Shown piece after piece: positions 27,275 to 42,347 of a stretch of DNA of 64,000 bases. The position numbers and the translations under genes were made by a program. This stretch comes from Octopus vulgaris (taxonomy: Eukaryota), in contig OX597814.1 of assembly GCA_951406725.2 (NCBI GenBank), positions 29,202,001 through 29,266,000 of the forward strand. Reading direction: 5' to 3'. Each line of letters starts with the position of its first letter. Positions within the stretch are counted from its first letter, which is position 1. Under the pieces are notes generated by a model. The model searched no databases and had not been told where the DNA came from. It saw only the letters and a list, made by a program, of their open reading frames with translations.

Positions 27275-28066
27275 GGTATGGTATAAAGGTAGGGTATTTC
27301 CAGAGAAGCATTCAACCCGTGTTCTGGGCTATCAAAACTGTTGGATTCCAGATTAATACCAAAATTCTTCAAGAGTAGAAAATCCTGGTATCGCGACGGA
27401 AAACCGTTGTGTGGCTGTGGCGAAGAGTAAACTGTAATCCAAATAATAAGAAGACAAAGAAATCCTTTAACACATCTTTAATAATTCGTTACAATTGTTT
27501 CTGTACCAACTCTGCTTGCAACGTCAGGTTACATAATGTTTGCGGTTTTAGACATTACGTAAATTTTCACTTCGAATATTTGCATAAACTGGTGTTACAG
27601 GCAGAGTTGATACAGAAAGAATTATTTCTATAGTGAAAGGAAGAAATAACCAGGGACACTAACAGAAAATATATAAAACGATATTCATACATATAGAATG
27701 TATTTTTGACTATGCGATGAAAAGATGTGATATGTGAAATAACGCTAATAAGAAAGATATTGTTTTTTTCGGACTTTGAAGAATATATCATTTCTATTTT
27801 AGTTGTTTCAGCCATTGAACTGGGACACCTCCTTGAATGTTTTTAGTCAAATCACCCCAGTTCTTATTGTTTTAAAGATTTGTATTTATTATATTGAAGG
27901 TGTTTTGTCGTACCGCTAAGTTACGGAGACGTAAACAAACCAACTTCAGATGTCGAGCGACGGTGGTGAACAGAAACAAACACACACTCGTAAATACATA
28001 CATACTCACTCACATGCACACACACACATACGCTCACATACATACATACATACATACATACATACA

Positions 28067-28098
<32 letters not shown>

Positions 28099-28294
28099 GT
28101 ATCGAACAGTAAGAATAAGTGGTCAACACTGCATTTAGTGAATAAGTATCTTTTATGTATGGTTTAACAAGCTACCTAATGTTTCATGTGGAAGAATATC
28201 CACAATTCTTCAAGTGGTTCACTTAAAAATGCAGGTGATCACCTCCATTTTGGGTTACCAGTGGCACCTTTTTTAATCAACAAATAAAGTAAAT

Positions 28295-28347
<53 letters not shown>

Positions 28348-28376
28348 CAGACAGGCAGGCAAACGGACTGACAGAC

Positions 28377-28412
<36 letters not shown>

Positions 28413-28424
28413 TGATAGATAGAT

Positions 28425-29090
28425 AGATATGTTTCTTTATTAGCCACACAGGGCTGCACACAGACAGAACAAATTACAAGGTAGAGCTTTTCTTTTGGGG
28501 GTAAAAAAAAGGGGGTTGGTTTTCGATCAAAAGGGATCGTAAAAGGAAAGAAAGGGGACAAAAAAAGGGGATGATTTTTAAAAAAAGGGGGGGATAGGGG
28601 AAAAAAAGTTGATCAATAGGGATCGTAATCACAGAAATGTCAATATGAAATGTTAAGGGGAAAATGTTCGGTGAAAATTTTCAGTGAAAATTTTCGAAAA
28701 ATTTTCGGTCAAAATTTTCGAAAAACTTTTCGGTAAAATTTTCAGTGAAAATTTTCGAAAATTTTCCTGGAAAATTTTCGAAAAATTTTTGGGGAAACTT
28801 TTCAGTGAAAATTTTCGAAAAATTTTCGTGGAAAATTTTCGGTGAAAATTTTGGAAAAATTTTCGTGGAAAATTTTCGGTGAAAATTTTGGAAAAATTTT
28901 GGGGGAAAATTTTCGTTGAAAATTTTTGAAATATTTTTGGGTAAAATTTCCGCTGAAAATTTTCGAAAAATTTTTTGGTAAAATTTTCGGTGGATATTTT
29001 CGAAAAATTTTGGGGGAAAATTTTCGAAAAATTTTTGGGAAAACTTTCGAAAAATTTTTAGGTAAAATTTTCGGTGAAAATTTTCGAAAA

Positions 29091-29174
<84 letters not shown>

Positions 29175-29204
29175 ACAGACAGGCAGACAAACGGACTGAC
29201 AGAC

Positions 29205-29279
<75 letters not shown>

Positions 29280-29700
29280 CAGATAGATAGATAGATAGAT
29301 AGATATGTTTCTTTATTAGCCACACAGGGCTGCACACAGACAGAACAAATTACAAGGTAGAGCTTTTCTTTTGGGGGTAAAAAAAAAGGGGGTTGGTTTT
29401 CGATCAAAAGGGATCGTAAAAGGAAAGAAAGAGGACAAAAAAAGGGGATGACTTTTTGAAAAAAGGGGGCAGGGGAAAAAAGGAGAGAGGAAAAAAAAGT
29501 TGATCAATAGGGATCGTAATTACAGAAATGTCAATATGAAGTGTAAAGGGGAGGACAGGTGAGGTTTACCTGTGGAAGGAAAAGCCTACGGAAAAGACCA
29601 CGGTAACCTCGGCCAATGAAGTCACATGTTATATTTCTTTTTTTTTTGGAAATAAGCAACTCTCTGTATTAATTTTTACGGTTCATAGAATCATAGTCAA
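28425..29700 (-). mobile_element. Duplicated 3' end of a non-LTR element ending in AATAAA plus (TATC)n
   Basis: Near-identical copies at about 28425-28660 and 29304-29550, each reading gccctgtgtggctAATAAAgaaaca(TATC)n on the minus strand. Confidence 0.5.
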
Positions 29701-30334
29701 GGTGGCTTTGGGGAAAATTTTCGGTGAAAATTTTGGAAAAAGTATGGAAGGCCAGCAGTGCCAAAATCACAAAGTATGGAAGGCCAGCGGTGCCAAAATC
29801 ACCAAGTATGGAAGGCCAGCGGTGCCAAAATCACCAAGTATGGAAGGCCAGCGGTGCCAAAATCACAATGTATGGAAGGCCAGCGGTGCCAAAATCACAA
29901 AGTATGGAAGGCCAGCGGTGCCAAAATCACAAAATTTTTCGAAAATTTTCACCGAAAACTTTCCCCAAAAATTTTTCGAAAATTTTCACCGAAAATTTTC
30001 CCCAAAAATTTTTCGAAAATCTTCACCGAAAATTTTCCACGAAAATTTTTTGAAAATTTTTCGAAAAATTTTTTGGTAAAATTTTCAGTGAAAATTTTCG
30101 AAAAGTTTTTGGGGAAAATTTTCGGTGGATATTTTTGAAAAATTTTTGGGGAAAATTTTCGAAAAATTTTTGGGAAAACTTTCGAAAAATTTTTGGTTAA
30201 AATTTTCGGTGAAAATTTTCAAAAAATTTTTGGGGAAAATTTTAGGTGAAAATTTTCGAAAAATTTTTGTAGAAAATTTTCGGTGAAAATTTTCGAAAAA
30301 TTTTTGGGGAAAATTTTCGGTGAAAATTTTCGAA
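28663..30334. repeat. AnTn-rich satellite (~37-bp unit gaaaattttcggtgaaaattttcgaaaaatttttggg) in several blocks
   Basis: Blocks at 28663-29091, 29709-29740, 29931-30060 (inverted) and 30060-30334. Confidence 0.9.
29739..29931 (+). repeat. 32-bp minisatellite, 6 copies
   Basis: The unit aagtatggaaggccagcggtgccaaaatcac(a/c) is almost perfectly conserved. Confidence 0.95.
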
Positions 30335-30336
30335 AC

Positions 30337-30590
30337 CACTTCCTTCAGTTTGACATCTCAAATTATTATTCTTCAATATCACCAATTTTCTTAAAGAAAT
30401 CCTTAATCTTCGTTTTAAAATACGCACTCATCTCTCGATCTGACATCAATATTATCCTGGCTGCTAGGAATACTCTAATTTACTGTAAGGTTAGCAATTA
30501 GACCCGCAACCCATTTACTGATTTCTTCAATATAACCATAGGCGCATAGGACTCAGCCCAAGTTACAGACTTAGTTGGCCTATTCTTTAT
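30337..30590 (+). pseudogene. Penelope-like element reverse transcriptase remnant
   Basis: FLQFDISNYYSSIS...INIILAARNTLIY...FNITIGA*DSAQVTDLVGLFF matches the PLE RT motifs FDIxxFYPSI and FDVTMGSYDGAEVCELVGLY. Confidence 0.82.
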
Positions 30591-30751
30591 AACTTTTTAA
30601 CTAGTTTTAGTTTTTCCGCGAGAGTAGCAGCCGTATTGGGGCCTTCACTACTCGAAACCTCTTCTGACATGTAGCATTTGGTGTTTTGATGTTGTAGCCC
30701 ACATCTGCGCTTCCTGCTGTGATGTAGGCTCATCCAGAATTCTTGACAGAA

Positions 30752-30805
<54 letters not shown>

Positions 30806-31863
30806 TACTATATTACATTATATATTATATGTTATATATTATATATTCATACATAATATTTATGCGTGTAAGAGGAAGGTCTATTGAAGGAATGTGAGAG
30901 AAAGAACTTCATCTCAATCAAGAGTACTAATTTTAAAAAAACCAGAGCTATTTCCAATAAACACCAGTAAACTACTGTACGGGTCAATCGACTCTCCACC
31001 CTCTCTTGTAGATAAATCTAAGGTTCAAGAGTGAGAGTTTTTTTTTACAATAAGGCTCTGGTATCTAACACACACGCGCGCATATACATATACTCATGCA
31101 CACATACACACAGACACACAACACACATACACACACACATACAGGCACGCATATCCACTTACTTGAACATAGAAAGCTTTAAAAGAAAAGGACAAATATG
31201 CTTAGAAATCATCTCATCAGCCACAGAGATCAGAGTCAGCGTATTTTCGGCATGTTCAAAGCCTGGAGACAATAAATTCCATGGTTGCTCTATAACCATG
31301 GTTGCCCTATGGAGTCTATAAATTCTTCTGGTTGCTCTATGGATATAAGGAATATCAATAAGATGATGGGCAAACAAGGACTAAAATGAAGTACAACAAC
31401 GTACATGTAACTTATATACGTATCAATAAATTGCTATGTAATATGTTTATATATGTATAAGTGCCTGAGCATGTGTATATACTTATTCATTGCTTTCTTT
31501 TTTATGGTCTAGAACTTTGCTTCTGTAACATGAATTTTCGGATACACTCCCATTACGTATTGGGCGAGTGAGCCATGTCATTTATCAAAAAAATCGATCT
31601 TTGTCATATCAGTAAAACTAGGTTGACGGATACTGTTTTGACGCTGTATCGAATGATCTGTACTTGCATTTGAAAGATGCAACCTCGTCATGATGTGTCA
31701 CACTGACCCTGACCGAGAATTAGATTACGTAATGAGTACACGTGTCTGAGGAATACTCAACAGCTTACACGCTGATATAATAAGTAGAATAAGTAGGTAG
31801 TTTACTTGATCGAATAATTAGTATATACATCGTCGACGCAGACTGATTATGTACCTATATATA

Positions 31864-32240
31864 CACTTGCGTCAGAAATTAATTAGCACTTCTCAAATTT
31901 CTACATTAAATAGGTTAAATCAATTAACCTATGAGCTGTTCAAAACGTCTTACGCGATGAGAAAACTTAGTATGGTGTGATATCGGTCCTTGCGAGGCGC
32001 TACCTATATCTATTAAACAAAGGAAGATTTGTCTGCATCCGCACTCCAATTTGTTGCACTGCTATGTCAACATCATAAGGCTGTAGACTCTCAAACTGCT
32101 CTGCAAACAAAGTTACGTCATCGTTCTGCGCAACAGTGAACTCGCAACAAAGCAATAGTTCGATATATGGCCACTAGGTGACAGCACATACCTTGAGTGA
32201 AGAGCAAATCAAGGGTGCTAATTAATTTCTGACGGTAGTG
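31864..32240. mobile_element. Tc1/mariner-type non-autonomous element (377 bp)
   Basis: 26-bp TIRs cacttgcgtcagaaattaattagcac / gtgctaattaatttctgacggtagtg, with TA on both sides. Confidence 0.85.
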
Positions 32241-32309
32241 TAGATAGATATAGATATAGATATGTATATGTGTCTATATGTGTGAATGCATGTATATATA
32301 TATATATAT

Positions 32310-33075
32310 CTTTTACTCACCTTTACTCTTTTACTTGTTTCAGTCAGTTAACTGTGGCCATGCTAGATGTTGGAGCACCGCCTTTAGTCGAGCAAATCGA
32401 CCCCAGTGCTCGACTGCAAAAGGATGGAGGCAAAGTCGACCTTTGCGGAATTTTAACTCAAAACATAAAGACAGGCGAAATGCCGCTAAGGATCTTGCTC
32501 AGCGTGCTAACTATTCCGCCAACTCACCGCCTTGTATATTATGTATATTATGTATGTAATATTATCTGAACAATAAGGCGGCGGGCTGATAGACTCATTA
32601 GCACATCGGACAAAATGCTTACGTTCTGTGTTCAAATTCTGCCCAAGTTGACATAGCCTTTCATCCTTTCGGATGATGATGATGAGTACTGGCGTCTAGG
32701 TGCCAAAATTTGAAACCAATATTTCCTGGCTAATAAATTTATAGCGTACTTTCCAAGGCTCTTCGAGTATTGGCTACCAAAAGGATCATACAATAGGGTC
32801 CCTCTTTTTACTGGATATGCATGAGGAAATCTGCGGATTTCCGTAGAGTCAAGGTGCGCCGAAACAATTGAACGGGCTTTATATTGGAGACGTATGGCTT
32901 AGTGGTTAGGTGTGCCGGACTCATGATTGTAAGATTGTGGTTTCGATTCCTGGAACGGGTGACACGTTGTGTTCTTGAGCGAAACACTTCATTTCACATT
33001 GCTCCAGTCCACTCAGCTGGCAAAAATGAGTAATCCTGCGATGGACCGGTGCGTCACGTCATGGCGCGGTGGGGA
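32310..33075. mobile_element. Cluster of degenerate SINEs (family B tail, head-to-head family A copies, a C-like head)
   Basis: Family-diagnostic motifs at about 32340, 32430, 32580 and 32890. Confidence 0.7.
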
Positions 33076-33094
33076 ATATAATATATATAAAGGC

Positions 33095-33130
<36 letters not shown>

Positions 33131-33260
33131 TGCATGCATATATATGTATATATATATATATATAGTTGACTCATAAAGGAGATTTATCCATTTTTGTGCA
33201 TACACACATATATATATATACATACATAAACACACACACACGCATACTTTAATATATACT

Positions 33261-33345
33261 TTGTTAATAAAGCTGCAAAGACATCACAAAATCTGTTACT
33301 CAGAGTTTCACATTCCCGTTCGTCGGACATTTTTGTTTCAGAATA
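33261..33345 (-). mobile_element. CCGACGA-core hammerhead element copy (motif 33293-33329)
   Basis: Minus strand reads TGT CCGACGA ACG-GGAA-TGT GAAA CTC-t-GAG TA ACA. Confidence 0.7.
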
Positions 33346-34025
33346 TATATGTGTGTGTTTGTGTGTGTGCGTGTATGGGTGTGTGCATGTATGTATGTGT
33401 GTGTGCGTGCGTGTGTGTGTGCTTGTATATATGTATGTATATACTTATATATATACATATACGTATATATATATACATATATATATATACTTATATATAT
33501 ATGTATATATATGTGTGTGTGTGACTGTGTTTGTGTTATTCAGTGTATATGTTTTAGAGAAAGAGGTGGAAAGAGAGAGGGGGGGCTGTGTGTCTGATTG
33601 TATATTCCTTTCAACTGCTATCCTTTCACTCGCTCCACCTTTTCCCTTCTCTTTTGGAAATATCTTAGATATATCACGTTTCATTCTATGTGATACGCAA
33701 TGATCATACGTACACATTTTCCCCAAAACACACACACACACACACACAGGCATAAATTCACACACAGGCACATGCTATACATACACTCATGTGATGCACA
33801 ACCATCCATCCATGCGTACATACATACATACATATATACATACATACATACATACATACATACATACATACATACATACATACATACATACATACATAAA
33901 TGCATAAGTACATGCATACATACAAACATGCATACACACATAGGCATCTCCTTCTTCTCCTCCACCTCTTCCTTTTCTGCTTCCTTTTTTCACGCTTTGT
34001 TTCCTATTTCACTTTGTTCTACGCA

Positions 34026-34064
<39 letters not shown>

Positions 34065-34186
34065 CTCTTTCTCTCTCTCCCTCCTCGCTCGCTCTTTCTC
34101 TCTACTTCACACGCACATACTTTCTCTTAGTTTTGCTTTCTCTCCTTCTTACTCAAGCTCATCTATCAAGGTATATACATACACAC

Positions 34187-34219
<33 letters not shown>

Positions 34220-34429
34220 CGTGTGTGTGTGTGCATATATGTATGTATGTATGTATATATATATATATATATATATGGATATTTATATATGTGTATATAT
34301 ATATATAAAATATATATATATATTATATATATATATATATACACAATACACACATACACACAAGCACACATGTGCACGTACACACACACACACACACACA
34401 CATACATACATACATACAGACACACACAC

Positions 34430-34483
<54 letters not shown>

Positions 34484-35278
34484 CCTTCTCTGATTTATAA
34501 ATCATACACATCGTGGCCATTTCTTTGTCAGTACCTTTGACTACTAACTCCCTTATTATATGTGTTGTTGTCAATATTGTATACACCATCACCACCACCA
34601 CCATCAACATCAACCCACCACCCCTTCCAACTCCTTCAGCCGATGCCATAAGTCTTCTCCTCTACCGACACCACCACCACCACCATCGCTAACAGTACCA
34701 ACACCACCACCACCATCGCCATGCATCATCGCTATTACCTCCAGCATTGATGCCACCGACATCACTACAACGCCACGCCCCTCTCCTACCATTATCATTA
34801 TCATTATCATCACCAGTGGCAGTAGGAGCAGCAGCAGCAGCAGCAGCAGCAACAGCAAAGTAGCAGCAGTAGCAGTTTCTTTACCATTGCTGCTACCACA
34901 GAGATTTCCAGCATTACAACTACAGAGCCATCTTCACCACCACCACCATCACCAAAGTCATCATCATCATTTTCATATTCACATTTATCATCGTCATCAT
35001 CGTCACCATCATCATCACCACAATCATCATCATCCTCATTATTATTGTGGCTATCTTCCTTCCTCCTCCTCATCATCATCATCACCAAAATCATCATCAT
35101 GATCATCGTCATCATCGTCATCACCATCATATTCCTCCTCCTCATAATCATCATCATCATCATCATTATCTCAACCATTATCACCATCGCCGCCACCTCC
35201 ACCATCATCATCCTCATCATTGTCCCCGCCGTCACCCCCCACCACCACCATCACCATCACCACCTACAATGCTACTAT

Positions 35279-35318
<40 letters not shown>

Positions 35319-35936
35319 CCATCACCATCATCATCATCATTAACATCATCATCATCACTATGCTACATTCACCATCATGAACAAAACCACTATTATGAAT
35401 ACACAACACCAGCAACCACCATCGGCACCTCCTACTACCATCTAAACCAAGTAAGAGTAATGGTAGGAGGTAGTGGTTTCCAATTAACAAGGAAGCTTCT
35501 GTGTGACCGCTTGACCAGTCTGTAATAGCAGCCAGACTTCCCTTCACTACTTATACCCAACCATCTTTAAAAAATGATCTCTAATAGAACAGTGTAGTAC
35601 TAAATACAATGCACTTGCTAAAAAGAAAAAGAAAAAGAAAAAAGGTGGGATGGTCATAAGCTGAATTTTTTTGATTATAGGTCTACTCAGTCAGGACTGG
35701 TTAACCTAGGGCTAAATAACAATCATAAGCAATAACAATATTATTAGGGCTGCCAATTCCTTTTATTAATTAATTAATTTATTTATTTATTTATGTATTT
35801 ATTTATTCTTATTATGGTAATAACCAACAGAAACTGTTATACCACTCACTGCCTTTGGTCAATACCAGCACACCATCAACACCACCGCTATCATTAGCAT
35901 AAGCTCTGTTATGGTAATATGATGATATGGCGATGG

Positions 35937-36004
<68 letters not shown>

Positions 36005-36080
36005 GTCAACATCGTCGTCATTATCGTTTTCATCATTATCATCATTGTCATCATCATCACCATCATCGACATCATCATCG

Positions 36081-36161
<81 letters not shown>

Positions 36162-36188
36162 ACATCATCATCAACATCATCATCATCC

Positions 36189-36263
<75 letters not shown>

Positions 36264-36720
36264 CCATTATCGTTGTCGTCCTCATCTTCATCATCATCAT
36301 TATTATCATCATCATCATTACTATCAGCAAAACAGTTATCACTCGCCACAACCACTGTAGTCCGTGGTCGCTGGACCTGCTAGAAATGGCAGGCATATTG
36401 GAGATAATGAAGTCCATTCGGGGTGACCTGCACATAGGAAGTAAAAAAAACGGTATGGTTACTGCTATTAATCATAGCTCTGTTCTATTACGACTGACCC
36501 GTGGCTAAACAACGATAGCAACAACAACAACAACAAGTCTCCATAATCCATCATCATCACCACCAGCACCACCGCCGCCGCCGCCACCGTTACTGCCAGT
36601 ATCAATATTTGATTTCTACCACTGTTACGTAGCTCAACAGAGATGGTCGTTCTATGTATGTTCAACACGCTAGAAACAACAGCTAAATCACCCTCAAATA
36701 ATTTTATTATCTATTATGAC

Positions 36721-37335
36721 GGCGGCGAACTGGCAGAATCGTTAGCACGCCGGGCGAAATGCTCAGCGGTATTTCGTCTGCCGCTACGTTCTGAGTTCAA
36801 ATTCCGCCGAGGTCGACTTAGCCTTTCATCCTTTCGAGGTCGATTAAATAAGTACCAGTTACGCACTGGGGTCGATGTAATCGACTTAATACCTATGTCT
36901 GTCCTTGTTTATCCCCTTTATGTTTAGCCCCTTGTGGGTAATAAAGAAATAGGTATTTCGTCTGCCGCTACGTTCTGAGTTCAAACTCCGCCGAGGTCGA
37001 CGTAGCCTTTCATCCTTTCGAGGTCGATTAAATAAGTACCAGTTACGCACTGGTGTCGATGTAATCGACTTAATACCCTTGTCTGTCCTTGTTTGTCCCC
37101 TCTATGTTTAACCCCCTGTGGGCAATAAAGAAATAAGAAACGTTAGCACGCCGGGCGAAATACTTAGGGATATTTCGTCTGTCTTTAGGTTCTGAGTTCA
37201 AATTCCGCCGAGGTCGACTTAGCCTTTCATCCTTACGGGGTCGATAAAGTAAGTACCAGTTGCTTACTGGGGTCGATCTAATCGACTGGCTCCCTCTCCC
37301 AAAAAGTTTTGGGCTTTGTGCCCAGAGTACAAAAG
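36721..37335 (+). mobile_element. SINE family A multimer (3 units)
   Basis: Full head followed by repeated body units joined at aagaaataggtatttcgtc. Confidence 0.9.
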
Positions 37336-37344
37336 AATTTTTTT

Positions 37345-37803
37345 ATCAGTCAATTAGACTGTGATCATGTTGGGGCACCCACTAAAGAATTATTAGTCGA
37401 CAGGAATCGATCCCAGTACCTATTTTCTAGGGGCGGAGTTCTGGTTTTGTATTTATTTTAAGCCTGGTACTTATTTCATCGGGATCTTTTAACGAACCGC
37501 TATGCAACGGGGACGTAACCATACCAACATCGGATGTCAAGCGGTGGCGAGGGGGTTGCAAACACGGACCCAAAGACACACATACACATGTATCTTTTAG
37601 CTTTTACTTGTTTCAGTTATTTGACTGTGGCAATGCTGGAGCACCACCTCTAGTCGAACGAATCGACCGCAGAATGTATTCTTTGTAAGCCGAGTACTTA
37701 TTCTGTTGCTCGCTTTCACCGAACCGTTAGGTTACGGGGACGTAAACACACCAGTATCGGTTGTCAGGCGACAGTGGTGGACAAACACAGACACAAAAAC
37801 ATA

Positions 37804-37870
<67 letters not shown>

Positions 37871-38068
37871 GACGGGCTTCTTTCAGTTTCCGTCGACCAG
37901 ATCCACTCAAAAGACTTTGGACAGCCCAAGGCTATAGTAGAAGAACAATTGCCTAAGATGCCAAAGCAGTGGGACTGAACCTGGAACCATGTGGTTGGGA
38001 AGCAAGCTTCTTACCACCCATTCACATATGTATATATGTGTGTGTGTATATGTATGTATATATGTGTG

Positions 38069-38125
<57 letters not shown>

Positions 38126-38210
38126 GGCGTTTACAGTTTCTGTCTACCAAATTAACTCAGAAGGCTTTGTCTGGCCCGAGGCTGTAGTAGAAGACACTTG
38201 CCCAAGGTAC
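37345..38210 (-). mobile_element. Stack of SINE family B copies
   Basis: Three partial or complete reverse-complement copies. Confidence 0.85.
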
Positions 38211-40204
38211 CGGACGGGGCACATTGGATAATGGTAGTCCATGATACACAGGATCATCAAAACTGGAATGTTTTCTTCTTTATCAAATATTTGCTTGATC
38301 AGGGCTGGGCTGGGCTGGGGGGTGGGGCGAAACAACAAGAAAAGGGAAACACCACCACTACCACTACCACTGCCACCATCAGTCTAAATGCCATCATCAC
38401 CTCCCCTACCAACGCTACTATCAACACCAGCATCACCACTACCACCAATACCATCCATATGACCTTAACTACTACAACCAGCACTACCAGGATGACTATC
38501 ATTGCCAATACCACCACAACCACTACATTCGTTTCCCGCCGCCCCTTAGCATCTTCACCCCCTACCATCATCAGCATCGTTATCGCCATCACCAGCACCA
38601 CCGCCTCCAGTGCTACCTCAAAACCATTACCACCAGTTTCTCGGGCATTACCGCCCCCACCACCAGCACCACCACTACTACTATTACCTCCACCCCACTG
38701 TCGTTTCCCTCGCCACCATAAGCATCTCCACCGCCACCACCACCACCACCGCCACCACCACCACCACCATCACCACCGCCACCATCACCATCACCATCAT
38801 CATAGCCAGCACCAAAACCCTCATAGTCACCACCACCACCACCACTACCACCATCACCATTACCTCCACTACAACCCCCACATTGTCTTCTTCGACACCA
38901 CCACCACCACCACCACCACCACCAGCATCGTCACCATCACCACCACCGCCATCACCACCACCACCACCATCACCACCGCCACCATCACCACCATCACCAT
39001 GATAGCTAACACCAAAGCCCTCATAGTCGCCACTACCACTACCACCATCACCATTACCTCCACTACAACCCCCACATTGTCTTCTTCGCCGCCGCCACCA
39101 CCACCACCATCAGCATCACCACCACCACCACTGCCACCAGCATCACCACCGCCAGCGTCACCAACACCACCATAACCACCACCATAACCACCACCACCAC
39201 CACCACCATAACCAGCTTCATCACCATTATAGTCACCACCACCACCACCGACGCCATCGCCGCCGCCGCCGCCATCACATATATCTCAGCAGCGGAATTT
39301 CTTCTTCCATAACGCTCTGTTCTGGAAGAGTGATTTTCCTAAGCTACCGAATTACTCGCATATTCTTCATGCCACCATCACCATTACCACCATCACCACC
39401 ATCATCATCATCACTATAATCTTACTTATAACCATTTATTATCATCTCCATTCCCACCACCACCACCATCACCACTACCACAACCACCACCATCACCTCT
39501 GCCACGAGTACCCGTACTGTCACCACCTCTGCCATCGCCGTCACCACCATTACCACCATTGCCATTAACGTCACCATACCATCACATCAACCATCAACGT
39601 CGTCGCCACCATACACCACTTTCATGCTACCACCATTAGTATCACCACCACCACCACCACAACTATTCCCACAACTACTACCATCCCCATCGCCACTACC
39701 GTCTCTGCCACTACCACAACCATCACGATCACCATTCTACCATCATCAGACTTCCATCACTACCATGCCCACCACTACCTTCAGGACAACTATACCACCA
39801 TCACCGCCATTACCATCACTGGTTCAACCATTGTCAGTAGTACTACCACCACCACCACCAACAACAACAACAGCAGCACCTCTAACATACCACCATCACT
39901 ACCACTATCACGTCCATCATACCATCGCTATCACTATCACTATCACCACCAAAACTCTTCCCACTACCACCAACACCACCCCTTACCGCAACTATTACCA
40001 CCATCACCCCTCCCTCACCATCATCACCACCACCACCACCATCATTACTATAACTACCATCATCACTGCCAGCACCACCATCTTCACCCTCGATATCACC
40101 ATCAAATTACTAGGCTGACACTCTACCCTTTCTTTTTATCTTTCTTATCTGTCTCTCTCCCTTTCTCTTCTTTATTCTTTTCACTCAGTCTGTTTCCTTC
40201 TCTC

Positions 40205-40243
<39 letters not shown>

Positions 40244-40269
40244 GCTCGTTCTCCTGTTTCTTTTTCTTC

Positions 40270-41017
40270 ACGCATACATATGTGCACACGCACAGACTCC
40301 CTCACACTCACACATACATTTGCGTACAGTCACACATTGACTCACATGCGCATGCATATACATATACACACACACACACATACATACAATGCACACACGA
40401 ACACACGTACATACACATTCATACACAAGCACACACACGAATATATACTCTCACAGATACATACAAATACACGCACACACACACACACAGACATATACAC
40501 ATGAACACACACATGCGCATACACATACAGACACACAAACACACACATACATACACGTATACATATGTACGCATACTCACATTCATACACACATACACAC
40601 GCATACACATACAAACATGTACACATAGGCATGTATGCACATACACATAGTCACAGATACATGCACAAATACACTTATACACACATACATACTCATACAC
40701 ATACAGACACATACACATACATATATAAGCATCATGTATACACAAACTGTCACAGACTGATGCACATAGAGACATGTACACCCATATACACATACATACG
40801 CATACACATACACAGACTCATTCATAGGTATTCACATACACACACATGCATATATAATCAGAGGTAAAAACACATATACACATACGCACACGCATCCGCA
40901 TATACAAAGTCATAGACACAGACATATACACACGTACACGTACACACACATACACACACACACACACACACACAAGAACATATATGAACTATCACAGACA
41001 CAGACATAAGCACACCA

Positions 41018-41102
<85 letters not shown>

Positions 41103-41897
41103 GCACACACAAACACACACACACAGACACACACACATACACACACACACACACAAAGGCATATGCACTATCGCAGACACACGCAAACCACAAACACACA
41201 CACACACACACACATACAGACATACACACACACACACACAAAGACATATGCACAATCACAGACGTAGGCACATATGCACATTCACACAGACATACGCACA
41301 CACACACACAAAGACACAGGCGCACTGTCTCACACACACACACACACACACAAATACACATACACATACACACACACAACACACACACACACATACACAC
41401 ACACACACAGATACACGCAGATACTAGGAGACAATTTCTATTCATTTACATCATTTGTTATTGATTAGTCTGTGATATGTGGAATGGTAAAACACCATTC
41501 TTTCATTTCACCCTCTCACCTAAATCATTTTTTACTCACCCTCTCTCTTCATTCTCTTGCTTTCTTTTATTTTCTCCCCCCCCCCCCGCTCACTCTCTCC
41601 TTCGCACTCCTTTCACACTCCTCTTCTCTCCCCCATACGCACACACATACACACATATACACACACGCACACTCACACACATATAGAGACACACCCATAC
41701 AGATACACACACACACAAACAAAGAATCTCTCCCTAACTTCCTTTCCCTTGCTCTATCACCATTCTCTGTGCTTTGTTGTTTATATATACACATATATAT
41801 ATATATATATAAACATATACATGCATATATGTGTGTATATATATATGCATACATCCATATATATGTGTATGTGTTTATATATATATATATACATATG

Positions 41898-41932
<35 letters not shown>

Positions 41933-42278
41933 TTGTATATATGTATATCTATCTATCTATATATATATATGTATGTATATATACGTATATATACGTATAT
42001 ATATAGTTTGATAACTATAAAAGCACACAGGCACACAAAGCGATACAGACGCAGACTCTCAGACAAGCTAGCACGCTCACACACACACACACACACACAC
42101 ACACAAAGTAACCAACGCGTAAACACACATGTAAACAAACACACACACATTTACCACCACATTCATATGCTGAGTGAAACAAACCGGCGCACACACCTCG
42201 GTCCATACGCACCAATACACAAGAGCAAAACAAAGACAAGCAAATAAAACAACACACACACACACGCATACACACATG

Positions 42279-42347
<69 letters not shown>

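Larger units (their letters stand above)
34580..40100. repeat. Trinucleotide (CAT/CAC/CAG) low-complexity tracts interrupted by SINEs
   Basis: Long degenerate (CAT)n and (CAC)n arrays at about 34580-35450, 35930-36320 and 38350-40100. Confidence 0.9.

Noticed and set aside
27485-27535. Minus-strand CTGACGT...GAAACAATTGTA hammerhead-like relic (similar weak case at about 7295-7390)
   Set aside because: The core is mutated and stem I does not pair, so it is too degenerate to count.
28681-30339. ENF/KIF-repeat and GRPAVPKS-repeat ORFs
   Set aside because: Translations of satellites, open in multiple frames and on both strands.
34560-40118. Long His/Ser/Thr/Asp/Pro-rich ORFs (for example 38198-39175, 325 aa)
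   Set aside because: They arise from (CAT)/(CAC) trinucleotide tracts open in several frames on both strands. No domain motifs or splice context, and one starts inside a SINE.
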